NCBI RefSeq assembly: GCF_964204645.1
Contig: NC_134025.1
Span: forward strand, 28,686,299-28,750,298
Reading direction: 5' to 3'
From: Tubulanus polymorphus
Taxonomy: Eukaryota; Animalia; Nemertea
Length of the DNA stretch: 64,000 nt
The stretch's first letter is position 1. Each line of letters begins with the position of its first letter. Shown piece by piece: positions 24,129 through 38,586 of this stretch. Both the position numbers and the translations under genes were made by a program. The notes beneath the pieces were generated by a model, which was given only the letters and a program-made list of their open reading frames with translations, had not been told where the DNA came from and did no database searches.

Positions 24129-25397
24129 TTTCAGTCTTAATAGATAACAACAGAATCGGCTGGTTGAACTCGAGATCCTCGGAACGAACTGTTTCAAGCT
24201 GCTCTCAATTAACTTTTGATATATAAAACGTTATCAAATACTCATTGTCTTGACCTATATATCACCAGTCCACTCCGTCGGTGGCTATCTATTTCCAACT
24301 TCATATAGTTAGAAATACGACGTTGAATTTGTCACTATTTCTCAACTGCAGTCCTACTGTCGTTTCTTTCTGTTATAATTCCAAATCATTTCCATGGCAA
24401 CCACCCAAACGAATCACACAGTATTATGAAATTTCTCACAGGTAGAGAATGCAATAATTAGCCGATTGATCAACCTGGCACTCGTGGCTGGACAAGTCCT
24501 TATTTCAACGGGTTTTTTTAGATTACCTCTAGATAAAAGAACTCGATTATTTTTACTCAAAATTGAATTTGCTAATTCATGTAGGCAGTTTTGAAATTGC
24601 AGGCAAATGGCAGCTTTTCTACCAATGAATCGATCCACATCCGCGATCGTTTAGTAATCAGGTTGTGTCTCTTCCAATGAATCTATGATTTTTATTACTA
24701 CGGATTTGTTCGTGTCTAAAATATTGAATTTCTGTCTGTTTTCTCTACCGCAATTCGAAATTACGCAATATACTGGATTACGCAATGTTCGATCAGTTTT
24801 TATACAATCTTGTCGTCCGGTGAGACTGCAGGAGTGCGCTGATGGAAATCAAATTACCACATCCCTGATAGCTTTTTCTAAAAAAGAGAGATTCTAGCCT
24901 TCTCTTTCTTCTTCTCTTGATCTGCCAATCGGTTTCGTACATACATATATACGTATAAATCGACGATGTACATGATCATGAAATACGTATTTGAATAGAA
25001 AAAATAACTCATTTATTATTATATAACACTTAAATATATTTATCTATTCATTCGTATATATATATACAGATACACGTGGCCACCATCTACAGGCCTAATA
25101 CTTCAGATATAGAATTTGAGATCTATCACCTTCTTTGTAAAGTTTTGGTTGTACAAACTAATGTCTATATTACGTTTATAGCTAGTATTAAGTAGCGTAC
25201 AAATCTACGGTAGTCTAATATCGCATTTGCATATCATCCTCGTGACGTAAAACGCATTTAATAAACACGCACAGCAATAAAAGAAGAAACTGGCTTTTCA
25301 CTCGTACATAACTATGATCGCGTCAGGGAAGTATCGTATGTGGAACGTTTGCGAAATACGTTATATTTATAGAAACGAAATTAAATTCATTCTTTGA

Positions 25398-25709
25398 GGG
25401 GGCCAGTTCATATAGTCATGGCTTGGACTTTAAGCCCAACCACACGACGCAGGGAAACACAGAAACACGGGGAATCAAACATGTTTGATCTCGGAAACGT
25501 TTGACTGGCGAAAACATGTCTCTCGAAACGCACACGATACAGGAATACACTCAGAAATATGTCTCCGTCTCCTCTATGTTTCTTAACATCGTGTGCGTTG
25601 GGTTTAAGACCAGTCTAGGACCATCTTAGTTCTATAGCCAAACTTACAACCTAAGTCCAGTCTTGAGACTATATGGACAACTTTGGTCTCGACTTTGGAA
25701 CTGGCCCCT
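25398..25709. mobile_element. Nested MITEs: outer element with GGGGCCAGTTC/GAACTGGCCCC TIRs, inner element (25431-25607) inserted at a TAA site
   Basis: Outer TIRs at 25399-25409 and 25698-25708. Inner TIRs taagcccaaccacacgacg / catcgtgtgcgttgggtttaa with TAA at both ends, consistent with a PIF/Harbinger-type target duplication. Confidence 0.75.
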
Positions 25710-25903
25710 GGACACTATTTACTCACGATGGCGAAAGCAAATCGCGTTTTTTAGCTAAAGACTCTAAAACGAACTTCGTTTTAGAGTCCATGAGCTAACG
25801 GAATTTCTTCGGTGCGACCCATCAGCCAATCGATGAGCAGTATTTCCATATAGACGTTCATCTCGCTCGATTATTGGCCGAACACGTGAGTGACGTAGTA
25901 AGT

Positions 25904-27309
25904 TCAGTATATCTCGTCGATCAGATACAAAGCTGAATATCCGCAATTTCGTTCGTTCAGTCGTTCAATGAAATCTCGAGCACGATTTAGATACGTCACG
26001 CCCTCGCTTAATTCGCACATTAACGCGTAGACGAAAGTTCCGTGTGTGACGATACGCTTATGAATAGTGATCCGTTTCAGACTCAGCTCAGGCGGGATGT
26101 ACGCTTGGATAAAATCTGATCCACTCCACGTATTCCACGTTCTGTCAAGTCTGTCAAAATCACCTTCAGCTTTGAACGCAGTTATGATGTAAGCCGTTGT
26201 TTTATTGGGTGGTATTTTAGGTAGAGACGGAGTCTCTGGTCCATGTAATGTTTGCAATTCCATAAATCCGGCTGCAATAAATTCAATGAAATTTTGTAAA
26301 TTTAATATCAGAATTGGAAAGAAATTCATAAACTATATAAACTCTGGTTTATATTGACAATCAACAGCAGACGGGTTTGGAATGATTTAATCAAATATTA
26401 TGACTAAAGATGGTGTACCTTGATGGTGTATTTGTTCGGTACCATGTCCTTCGCTGATAGCCTGTATCCAGTCTGGGTCGTGTTGGAATATACCACGTGG
26501 CCCAGTGTCAAAAACAGCAAAATTTATATACGGGAAACGCGCTGGAAGAGAAATATACTTCGGAGTGAGTTCATGTGAAAGCATCATTTTAGTGAAAACT
26601 TTAACATACATAACTTTATCTGAATTTTGCACGAGAAAAAATATTATCAATATTCTTGAAGGGACGTGACAGATTTCGATTACGATTTTCTATTTCACGT
26701 TTTATCGACGGTTTCGGAGGAATTTCCTCCTCTGAATTGGAATCCAATTCAAACAGCATCAACAGAAAATCAATTCATCATCCCTCTCCAATTCCTGTCG
26801 CGAAAGACTCGGCCAAATTGCAAGTAGACATACATTGCTCGGTTCAAATAAACAACGCAAAAAGTGAACATTATTTGATTTTGTCGGGGACATGATTTCT
26901 ACCTCTGCGCTTGATTTGTAAGTGCCATTCTAATCAATCAGTTTAGAAATAGTTTGTCAAAACTGAGCAACAGCGCACTTAAATAATTATAGCTTTTCGA
27001 ATGAATTCATTCATTTATCACTTTACCGCCGCCTGAAGGGAGCAATAAGAATTTCCAAATGGCCATCGAGGAAAATCAAATTAACAATCTCAAGAAAAGT
27101 TTTTCATCTCACACACGGGTTGTTTACTTACGTGTCTCATTGACGTCACGTAATAACATGCCCTCGATGAACTGAGGGTGTTTCTGCACTACTTTCACTA
27201 CATGCATGAATCCGGCTTTAAACGATGGAAAACTAGGTGGCGGAGGAATATGTTCGAAGAAGTTTATAATGAGGAAGAGCTCGGGTTTAGAGGCGCTGTT
27301 TGACATCAT
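25904..27309 (-). CDS. Uncharacterised protein of at least 222 aa, ABM/dimeric alpha-beta-barrel-like, resembling the invertebrate DUF7153 family; exons 27132-27309, 26419-26541, 25904-26271
   Basis: Three exons join in phase 1 without stops. The N-half LIINFFE...QKHPQFIEGMLLRD...FPYINFAVF resembles ABM domains; the C-half has LDRTWNTWSGS...FVYALMCE...RNCGYSALY. The family name is from memory and needs an HMM check. Confidence 0.8.
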
Positions 27310-30300
27310 ACCGGCAGCATGGCAACAGTATTCATCTGGAAATACCGAAAAAAATGTTAGCTCAAAGAAATTTTGGAAACGATTTTTTGAATAATTAATC
27401 AGTTCTATTCAAGCTTTCATCTTTCCCATGAAATAGGCTTCAAATTTATCATTTAATAATTGATGCGGTGATGTACTGTAGAAACGATAAGTCGGATATC
27501 GCCCCTTTGAAGCGTACTCAGTATAAGATTAATGAAGTTTTGTCATCTTGTACAATCAATAGCTATACAGCTGCACGATATAGAAACGTTCGTCGAAGGA
27601 AAATATATCACAGGAGAGTATTCGACGGTACAAGGGATCAGGAAATCGGATAGTTTTCGTAATTAAGACAAACGATCGCGACATCTAGTGACGCAAGGGC
27701 AAATCAATACATTAACCAAGCGTTTAATCATCAAAACGGTTTTTTTTAGCAAATACATATCAATCACAATTATCAGTTGGATAGTTACCGGTACTCATTA
27801 TGTTTCTATAAACGCACATGTACTATAGATGTACGACGATAACTATTTCCGATGTCATCCATTTGTACAACGTGTACAATTTTCGCTGTTATACAGATTG
27901 GCTCAGCTAAATAACAATTTCTGAATCGCCGCTTTGATACGTTATTCACGGAGAAAAGTACACACTCTCGGCGAAGAAAAAACACACGAGTACTTCCTTT
28001 GCAAAAAACCTTTTTTATTAACGAAATAACCGATATACCGATTCGACACGAATGAAGAGATGTTTTACACAATCAGGGCAGGAACTAGGAACGTTATAAC
28101 CATGGCAACGCAATGGAAGACAGAAGATTTTGTGGCGTTAAACCTGGCGTTCAGAATGACGGATTCTGTTTATTCTGTGATTAAAAAAATGCACCATGAT
28201 CAACCATACGTTCATGTGCTACGGTGTATTTGCGTTTCAAAGCCTATCGCGGTACTATACGCGTAAACGACGTGTAGCTTAGAAAAAGCGGTTGCCTAAC
28301 AAGCTCAGCGGCCAAAAATTCGAATAATCATCTTTTCTTCGGCGAGCTTCGGTTAACGGAGTCTGTCGAACATTGAGAAACCGAATGTCAGTTAGTCCAT
28401 GGGCTGATCTAGTTTATGCGGCCATCGTTAGTACGATAGTCCGAAAATTGCGAACCACAAAACTGACAAAGGCAGTCGCTGTAGTTCGGACCTAGTTCAA
28501 ATATGGCCGACATTGTGAAATGCGAAAAGATCGAAATATAAATGCGTTCGATCACGAGCTCCGACCACTTATTACTACGAAATTCGAAGACCTACGCCCT
28601 GTTGAATATAGTACATCAATCAGTAAGGAGTTCTAATTTTAAAAGCTATGGTGATTGATTAATTTTTGATAATCAATGATTAATTTTAGATGAGAGGTAT
28701 CGAGCGTTAACCGATACCAATTTCTCGCGTAATTGGCCCTTAACAAAAAATCGCTCACGTAACAGGTCAACTCCGATGTCATTTTCCTACTAGCAGGCTT
28801 TGATTGAAAGATAACTCAATAAAACCAATGCCGATTTATTTAGTGGGTATTATTTGGTTTCTAGACCCTATTAAACCAACTCAATTCGCAATAAATTGAG
28901 GTTAAAAGTTGAATATCAAAACCGGCCAAAGGGTTAATGCGTTATGCGTTTACTTGGCGACTAACAAGCATGGTAAAACATGGAAACCCTGTAGAAAACT
29001 GTTAAATTTGAAATAGTCATCGCAGTTAGAATTAGTATCTTGACGTGCGTAAAACTGGGACCTGTTCACATGAGTTACAATCCGCCTCCGAAACACAATT
29101 CCCGTGTATCATATATTAACGGTGAGAAATCGACAGGCACGCGGATGACGTTACTTCATACGTCATCATATTTGTCCGTGACTCGAAACTTGCATCGATT
29201 TGGTAATATCAGAAACTATAGTTAATAAAAGACTAAAAGATGGAAAAAACTTTTTGATCTTTTATTTCAGCAAAACGCCCGAGGTGATTACATGAAATTC
29301 GCGTCATTGTTCGTTTGATACAAGACATCAAAATATCTGTGAGCTAAAATAGCCTTGTTGGCGAAGTGACTTCATCGATAGATCGAATATCTATTTCAAA
29401 CGGGACAGGTCGAATGAATATACTGTGTTTATACTGATGATGAAACGGTTTACCGTTTGTTTTTCTTTTTATGAAAAACGTACGGAGTTCGAAATGTGTT
29501 TTTTCGCAATTCAAACTACAATCCGAAAAGACAACGAGAACTAGTTAAAAATAAATTGAAAATACAAGAAAATGAAAAAAGCGATGAAACATCGTCGTGT
29601 AAACATTCCCACCGCATCGGAATACTAATGACAATCTTAAGCGGGCTTACTTTAAAGCCCCTGTGAACACGAGGGTCTGTGCTCGCGGTATTCTAGCAAA
29701 TTCGGTGCCAAATAAGTACGGTACTTCACAAGAACAAATTACAAAGCGAAGCACTTCAAACGTGAAAGTGCATGAAAAACTTATGAAGTATTATAGACGT
29801 TACGCAATAAAAAAAGTACGGTGAAATAGTGAATCAGAAAAAGAAATATCTGTTGATTTCGAATCAAAAAATCGATATATTCGCCTTTCATAAGAAATAG
29901 CTGACAGTTTATTTTCAGTCGAGATATACTGACAGTGTTATCGAATGAATGGTTTCGAATATAGACCAACTAAACACTATATGTGATGCTTTTGTGGTAT
30001 TTTAATTCCATGGAAATTAGTAACAGAATAATCTATACAAGTGACTCAAAATTCAATACGTTCTATAGAAATACTTACACATAAGCAGTTTTACTTATTG
30101 ATCAATCTTTATTTCAGTTCAATACGTTTGAATCGGTGATGTTATACCATTCACGTTGATGATAAAATCTAAAACGTCGCTATTGAGGTTTTAACTTAAA
30201 GATACTCACAAAGAAGCATTTGTTTATTTATGTTTATTCAAAATTCTTCTTCAAAAATCATCAGTCACACGTCGATAACAATGCAACAGAAAATGACACA

Positions 30301-33300
30301 CATTTCTTTTCAGAATTAAAGCCATCGAATATTATACATTTACATTACCTGCAAGAAACAGAAGTCTATTCCGCACAAAATAGTGAACGAACAACACAAT
30401 CGTAAAGGTGTGGTCATAATCCGGAATACTGGACGAGTTATTTGATAATAAGTAATATTCACTTTCGGAACGTGTTGATTATCACACGGTGTGCTAGCAA
30501 ACCTAACCACAACAAAAGGTTTCAGCGGTCATACGTTGTCGACTCAGCGAAATATTCCATCAGCAGATTATCAGCATACTAATGGCGCCTAAACCTTTGA
30601 ACCGTGTAACCCGATTTGAATATTTGGGCCTGATGACTTTTATCGTGAAAATATGAGGACGTTACTGTTTGCAGTCAATGAATGGATCCTTTGAGCCGAT
30701 GCGGATTCGATCAGTTTATTAAAAACACACAACACGTTACTCAAACATTCAGTCAAATATTGCCGGATAGACTGATCGGGGATCTTAACATGTTCCCTAG
30801 TCTCAAGTATCTAATGTAAATACACGAGATGTTTGTCATGAGACCCGCAACAAGTCACAGTAATGGGTTTACAAGTGACATGAATAAAATCTATTCAATG
30901 ATCTACATCCTCCTTAATGGAACTACTTAGGTTACCTATCGATTCGTATTTGTTTAAAACTATTTTCATTATCACTTCATTCGAGGTAGAGATTTGGCGT
31001 TACGGGAGCCTCCGATCCGCAGTCAATCCATGATGATTCAAGCTTCGTATATTATGTGCGTGTTGTTATTACGTATGCGGCATATACGCCTATTGAAAAA
31101 CCTTAAATTCGAGATGATAAGATGAACACATATGATATCCGCTTGTAGCTCCGCGACCGTCTATCGACTGCGAGATCATGTCACTCTCTTTCCTTCGAAT
31201 ATCATCTTTTGGTTTATCTTCTTCGTCTATGATACAAAATTCGAACATCCAAACATTTTTTATCTGAAATGCTGGAGTGCGTGTTAAGATGATGGGCTCT
31301 ATAGCCCAGTGCAAATTGAATTAAACTACACTGGAAGTCGATCTAACTAATAGAATTGAATTAAACACACCCGGTTGAATAAAGCTCATTCGAGAAAAAG
31401 TTCAAATCCGTAGAAAATCCGAGCAAATGTGAAAAACTGCTAGGATCGTCAGGTGAAGCTATCTTCTTTCAAGATTGAATGCATCGTGGTTAGATCGGAT
31501 AAGCGCAAGACTTTCCTGATTAAACGCATGCAACGAGAATATCAATTAGACAATGAAAGGAAAAGCCGCGTGTGTCCGTGGCATTTACGCCTCTGTTACT
31601 GACAAGCCCTGATATTTGGCGGGTCACTAGATCGGCGACCATATTTATCGAAGTCAGTCTGAAACTGACTACGAGTGGTGATAACCGCAGGGACCTGTCA
31701 TACGGATCCAGCATCAATGACCAACATTACCGTCATTAAAAGAAAAGCTAGCGGTGATGTCGGCCATCGGTACTGGATACCTACCATTCGACCATGTAAT
31801 GGTAAACCGGCTAGACTTTTTCATCGGAGAAAAGGAAGCTGCGTGAGTGAATAGATTTACAAAAGTAATATCTCAATTAAATCAAAATTATCTCATAAAT
31901 CTAGTTTTTTTCATAAATCAGGATGAATTTGTCATTTGCTCGCGGTGGTATTAGCGGTTATGAATATTACATAGTCAGACGGAACCAACCCCTGACAGTT
32001 ACAAATAGTCTTATTACAGAATGTTGCACGAGCGTGTTGGGCGTTGAAACCGATCAACTGTAGCAAATACAAGTACGCCTCTAAAAAGCGGTATCTTTCA
32101 GAAGTTCTCGACTAATCAGGCACAATCTACTCCAGAAAGGTCAGTTTTAGTTTCGGGACATGGACGATTTTATCAACTCTTCTGACACGCATCGATAAAC
32201 GATGTATTTATTTGTGTGTAATCACTAGCCGCCTACGCGACGTCCATCGTCTCTTAACCGCAGATGTGGACGACGATATTTTGCATTAATTCCCCGTTTC
32301 ACGGAAGTTACTTTCCGCTCTAAATCTACGCTCAATTTAACAATTAATAGACTGTCGGTATTGAGAGATGTAACGGATATATGGCGGTAGACGCGCAGTC
32401 CTAATCCTTATTTCACGACCTAATACTCCGCCTAGCCGACTATATTCCCAGTTCCAATATTCACAAATAGAATGACAAAAAACTAATTCCGACGCTAATT
32501 TAATGGTGAATACTGTAAGAAATCACAAACTTAGAGAAGAACTGACTTCCGATGTTGGAATCACGGGACGTACGTTCAAATCACTTGAAGTCTAAAAAGG
32601 GCCTTATTTTCGAATGCAGAAATATATTCTTACGTTATTCGCAAAATCACGCTGTTTTCCGCAATGGAATTTGTATAATTATAAACATGTATGATAATGG
32701 AAAAATCGATTGAAAGACTTCGTTTTCATTTTGCTATCACATGTATTAAAACTCAATATTGTTATCATCAGGTAAAATGTCAATGATGCCCGAATAATTT
32801 TGACTGGTTTCGTCCTATCCTGTAACATGTATCGTATATTGCTAAAAAAAACTCTTTTTTTCATCAGCAGACGGAAAGATGTTTGATTGTAAGATCATCT
32901 GATCCATATTTGACCCCAAGAATTTGTGCGATTACATCGTGCCTGATTGATCGGCTGGTTTACGGCTCGTTAATCGAAAAAAGACCAATTTATCGAGACT
33001 TTAGGGCGATCAATCATCCCTAACTATGCAAAGCTAATCAGGCAACAGGTTAATATAAAACCGGAACAAGTAGCTAGCCGAAATGACGATTGCCATATTA
33101 ATATGGCTAATGAGGGTTCACTCCTGACAAAACGTATTCTAAGAACGAACATGGCCGCGCGTGGAGAGAGCGCTGAATTTTCTAACACGCCACATCATAT
33201 ACTGCCATATTATGCGTGACACTGTCAGATAAAAAAACTGTGTGCTCGGGCATCTTTTTTTCAGATTCCACACCGAGAAAGCGATGAAGCATAATTTCCG

Positions 33301-36300
33301 TGCAATTTTCTACCAGCCTGCATGTCTTTTAAGTGGCCTTCGCGTGTTGATCCGTGGCATCTTGCTGCTAAAAGCGTTAGGATTCCGCGGCGACAAGAGC
33401 GTGCTCACAAAGGACCACTTATGACACAATTATTGGGCGCTTCAGTAATCAAAATATTTCCACCAAATTGATAGGAAGCGTCTACATAAAACACGTTATC
33501 ACAGGTGATAAAAATAGCCCAGAACATCGGACTGTTGGTTCAATATATCCCTCGTAAAACTAACCCAAGCATGACCTGTTTATAGCAGATACGCATGCCT
33601 TAGAGGGTGTAAAGTAGACTCGATATTTATGATTTATCTCGCAGTTGAACCATCGACCAGGCGAAAACATCCTCCTGCAAATTGGTCATGAACGGTAAAT
33701 TACAGATTCCCCGCTGTTGCGTTTTTTAGCTGACACGACTGAGACTGATGTCGTAAATCAGAATAAACATCAGATAAATGATCGTCTTTATTCGTCCGCG
33801 GACATCAGGACTAATAACACGCGTCTCACAGAACATGTTCTCTAGTGAGAAAAACCGACATATACTTCACAGGAATCTGCATCTTCTTGAAAAACTATGA
33901 CTATATGACTTTATTATGCTACTTGCTAATTTTAGGGATTTGTAACGTATTTCGTTACATCGATAACGAACAAAAATATGCGTGCTAAAAAATCTTTGGA
34001 ATAATTCAATAGTTTCTATATCAAAGTAAATGAATCGATGAAATCGTTAATAATTTTAGGCAAAAAGAACATAAAAATGGGTTTTCGTATAAGGAAAATT
34101 ACTTCCACAATCGAAGTGTCGATGTATTTTTACTTTGATGATTGAATTATAAACCAAAACCATCGTTTCACTAGATCAAAGTTCTGCCAAAAGCAAACCG
34201 CTTTATGGAACTAGAAGATTCGGATTTTGTAATGACTTTTGCCTGAAGCTGTGAGTGACGTCATCGTGAAAATGTCGCCGTTGTTACCTTTCGAATACCT
34301 GCATGTTTTACGCAATTATTGAAGTAACTTTTCGAACGCTGCGGAAATTTGTTTTGTTTTATTAAACAGGATATTAATGAAAAAAGAACGCGCTATTTCC
34401 AGAGATTCGTGATCTCGACGCTATACAACTATATGTTGCTCGTAGTCATCTCGACAAATGACTAATTTCGTGTTTGCTTTAAAACACGTAAGTATTTATT
34501 TTTTCTGTGACACACCGCTGGGCGAGATAATTCGAAATGCGTCTGGATATCCATGCTGGACGTCTATAATTCCGGTTTTTCAGGAAACGCGTTTCTGGAT
34601 TAACCGACAACGTGTGGATATGTTGATTAAACTTTTATTAATGAGAACATGACTATTCGAGAATAGAATAGGATGAGTTAAGGATTATACAGTCGGGAGG
34701 CTCTAATTAATCTCCACAGGGAGGTGAAATCCTTTCTAATTAGTAGATCTGGGGTGAGCAAGTCAATTTCATGTGCGAGAGATAATTATATATGGCAATA
34801 CAGTAAATATTGAAGAAAGAGAGAGAGTCAATTGTAATATATTCGAAAAAAATATGAAATAGATTTCAAATTCAATCAACAAAAATCCGGTGTTCTAATT
34901 ATTGAGCAGATTGCCGTGTCCTAAAGTATCGATAAAAACATGATCATCGTTAAATCTATTAGGGAAACTCTTTCGTTTTGATGTCATTTCAAACAAGATA
35001 ATGCATGTGGAACTGTATTTTACAGGACGAACTGGTCTCCGAAAATCAGCTTTAGCGCGATAGCCACAAACGAAAGTAACATGATACGATCGGATAAACC
35101 TTTAGTCAAAGCTTATCAGTCTCAAGAGGAGTGTCTGTATAAATGTCACGCGTGGACTACAAATTATCACTCTCTAATTGCAAGAGAAGACAAACAACAT
35201 CATATTCACAGTCTGTTTGTTAAACTGAAATAGCTTTATCTTCCTCGTTTCCAGGTATGATGACGGCGGAATAAGCTTTCAAATACCAGACAAGCCAGTT
35301 TCTCTTCATAAGTGTTAGTGGTTTTCAAAATGTCAAATCTCGTCTCTCAAAAACTTTTAACTATACAAGAAAACGTTTGAAATATGAGATTTTATCGAAA
35401 ATATATATATACATATATATCATTTCCTTCAAATCACGCCTATTTAGACATTTCAAAGTCAAAATCATATTTTCTTCTCTGACTAACCTGTTTGATTTAA
35501 TCCTGCCGAAGATAAAGACGACAGTTTCTCTTCGAACATCATTTTCTCACACTTTCTTCCGACACGCGCACAGATATAGAGAAAATATAAGCAAACACTT
35601 AGCCACTAATTACTGACGACTTTCACCGATTGATTAAACCATCCCCAGCATCGCCAACATCTTTTCATCCCCGATTATCCGTGATGTGTGACGTATGATG
35701 TGAATAGCTTGGCCACAGTCGTATTCGTGATGATGATCAACATTCGATTGAACTGAAATCATCAACAGTTCAATACATAAAGAATCAGATCAATAGATAA
35801 TCAGAGGAATAACATAACTATTCTCGCCTGTATTTCTCTCTCCTGTGACTCGGCGATGTATTCTGAGTCGTTACAATCAACGCTGCAGACCCCTGGATCT
35901 ATATAACATTTTGTATTGATGACGGAATAATTGGACTTTACATCGCGGTTGCTTTGCCCTTTACCTCTCCCCGAAATAACAAACCATGCGCGTTAATAAA
36001 AAATTGAATTTCGACGACGCGTTATCGACGGAATAAGAAAAAATTCGGAGAAGCAGAAATCATTCTAGCATTCGACAAGAAGGTTTTTTGGATTGTGTGG
36101 ACATTTTTATATATTTGAGAGAAATGGCAAATGCTAGCTTTACAGAAATTAGATTAAAAGGGAAAGATCATAATGTTTTATATTGTGATTATTGAATTAC
36201 AGCTGTGCGACGTTAGATAAATAACATAAGACAGACAGTATACGCGATACTCCCACGCGACCTTCATAATAATCACCATCTGTCACTTCTAAATCCTGTA

Positions 36301-37758
36301 TCGAGTTGAATACGTCTCATACAATATCAAAACCTCCAACATCGTATCGTTTTCATCGGAAGAATTAGAATAGTTATGACGCCTGTCGGTCTGTATTACG
36401 ACGCCCGTAAACATTGATTTCATGAAAATATTTTCGATACGCCCGTAGCGTAAATTCGACTTTTAACCTTGCTCTAAACAAAACATCGATTGTTCATTTA
36501 GTATAAATTCTTACATACAAATACATCGTATTAGAGATATCGAATTAGTGAAATGAGTGAGTTTTGAGAGGATATTTTTACAGGGCGCGTAGCGCATCGA
36601 TCGTTCTCATCAACTCTATTGAATGTAGTGCGTGTGTAGTAAAAACATCTGTCGCGGTTCCAGTCCCGGAGTAACGTGCCTTAACCCTTCATATGCCGAA
36701 ACATGAGACACGCAGAACACCGAGAAACGGCGAGGTCCATTCGTTTATATAAAATATCTCTGGTATGAATAATCGAATTATCCGCATCGAAATACACCTT
36801 AACAAACAGCGGACTCAGGGGGCTATTAATAACCAAAAGTAATTCTTCCATCATACAAGACAACTGACCAACGTTTTTGAAAAAAGAATATTTCAGTCGT
36901 TCCGTACGTCTACGTGAATTTGTGACAGAAATTGCCTCGGTCTATATATATCTGTTCGATACAGTGGTGATAACATTCACACGAATATAAACCCACAGTC
37001 GACCAGCTGCTATGAACACTGCATAGATCAAATACAAAAACAAGCCGTTTTTAAATGAAATACTCGACGAATCAATACTTCAGTTCAAAGCGCTGCATAC
37101 ATCAAAAATAAGTTTGGGAGGTACTGTGATTTATGATATGATACAGATTTGGCATTTAGCTCATAACAGAATTGATTCAAACCCAAATTCAGCGAACTGC
37201 CACAAGATAAAACAACAAAAATCATAATGACATAATCAATGGACCAGTTGATCTGAATGTTTATATCGACGGAGTTGATCCTTCTCATTGTCGTGAGAAA
37301 CGGATCCTCCCAACAGAGAATAAACCTTACCTTACAGTTGAAGTGATGTCGTAAGCATGTCATATCCTGCAGTATAACAACCCATCTGTATAGTACTGTC
37401 GCCGACGACAACAGTCCTGATCGCAGGAGTTAGCAGCAACAGGTGTCGGGTAATGCCTTATCAATATGACAGATGGAGTATGTGAGGTTGTTGGGATTCG
37501 GATTCGTTCACCGACTGCGGAGTCACACCCGCCCCTGAGAAGCTGGGAAATGAAATCGATGGAGAAAGTGTGCGTAATGGAAATATTGGCGGGTCTTTAT
37601 CCACAGCTTAGATTTGACAATCCATCGGGGTCGCCCAGAAGCGAATCTGAAGAGTCAAGTCTTGTTGAATTAATTTCTGGACTTAGCCCAACAAAATCAG
37701 TTTCAAATGTTCTTGCATATCGAAAGTTGATTAACGGATAAACCACAACGTATCACAC

Positions 37759-37857
37759 GTAGATTAATGTAAAAACGATAAACTGTTAATCCAAAGTTAT
37801 TTTATGTATATACTATAGACATTGGATTAACAGATTATCGTTTTTACAATAATCTAC
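37759..37857. repeat. Hairpin: 36-bp inverted repeat (2 mismatches) with a 27-nt loop
   Basis: gtagattaatgtaaaaacgataaactgttaatccaa / ttggattaacagattatcgtttttacaataatctac. Confidence 0.9.
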
Positions 37858-38586
37858 AGCTCTTATACGAGCCCCTGTGATATAAACGGTAAAATTGTTG
37901 ATTAATTTTCATATGGAAACAGCGAACAAAAGAAGTTTTGTCGGAGGCTTCCCCTGTCACGAAAGCACTACAATCCAAACATTGAATACCAATTCCTTCA
38001 CCAAACATTGAGTACTTTTCCATCGATCGAGAGACGGCGCTTTGGGAGATTTTACTCGCCTGAATTCGCTTTTTTTAAAGAATTTTCGCATCTCATTCCT
38101 TCCACAATTTGGTGACCGCTGTGGAACTTTTAATTAGGTAAAACATATCTATTTATTTCAGAAAAGTTTGTATTTATCGTAAGAATTTTCTAAATTCTAA
38201 CGAAACATTGTCATTGATGAAAAGTGCGTGAAAAGCTTCCAATTCAATTAAAACTTTATTGTTCGAAATACGAACAAGTTGCGTTTCACCCCATAATGGG
38301 GAAATTCTCCAATAATACTGTCAGGGCTATATTTCCTGTTTGACATTAAAGCTAAAAACATAAAAACATGTTCATTTTGCAGCAGGAATTATGCTAAGTC
38401 AAGAGCATATTCTTGCTCTCTATGAAATATAGACCTTTCTTTTTAGGTTTAAGTATTTTCAAACGAGTTCAAGTTGACCATATTTAGATAACATGGTCGT
38501 GGAAGCCTAGAATAGATATATCCTGAAATAATGCATTATACTGATTAAACGAGATCTTTTATCGGCAGGTCGCATGATTGTTGATG

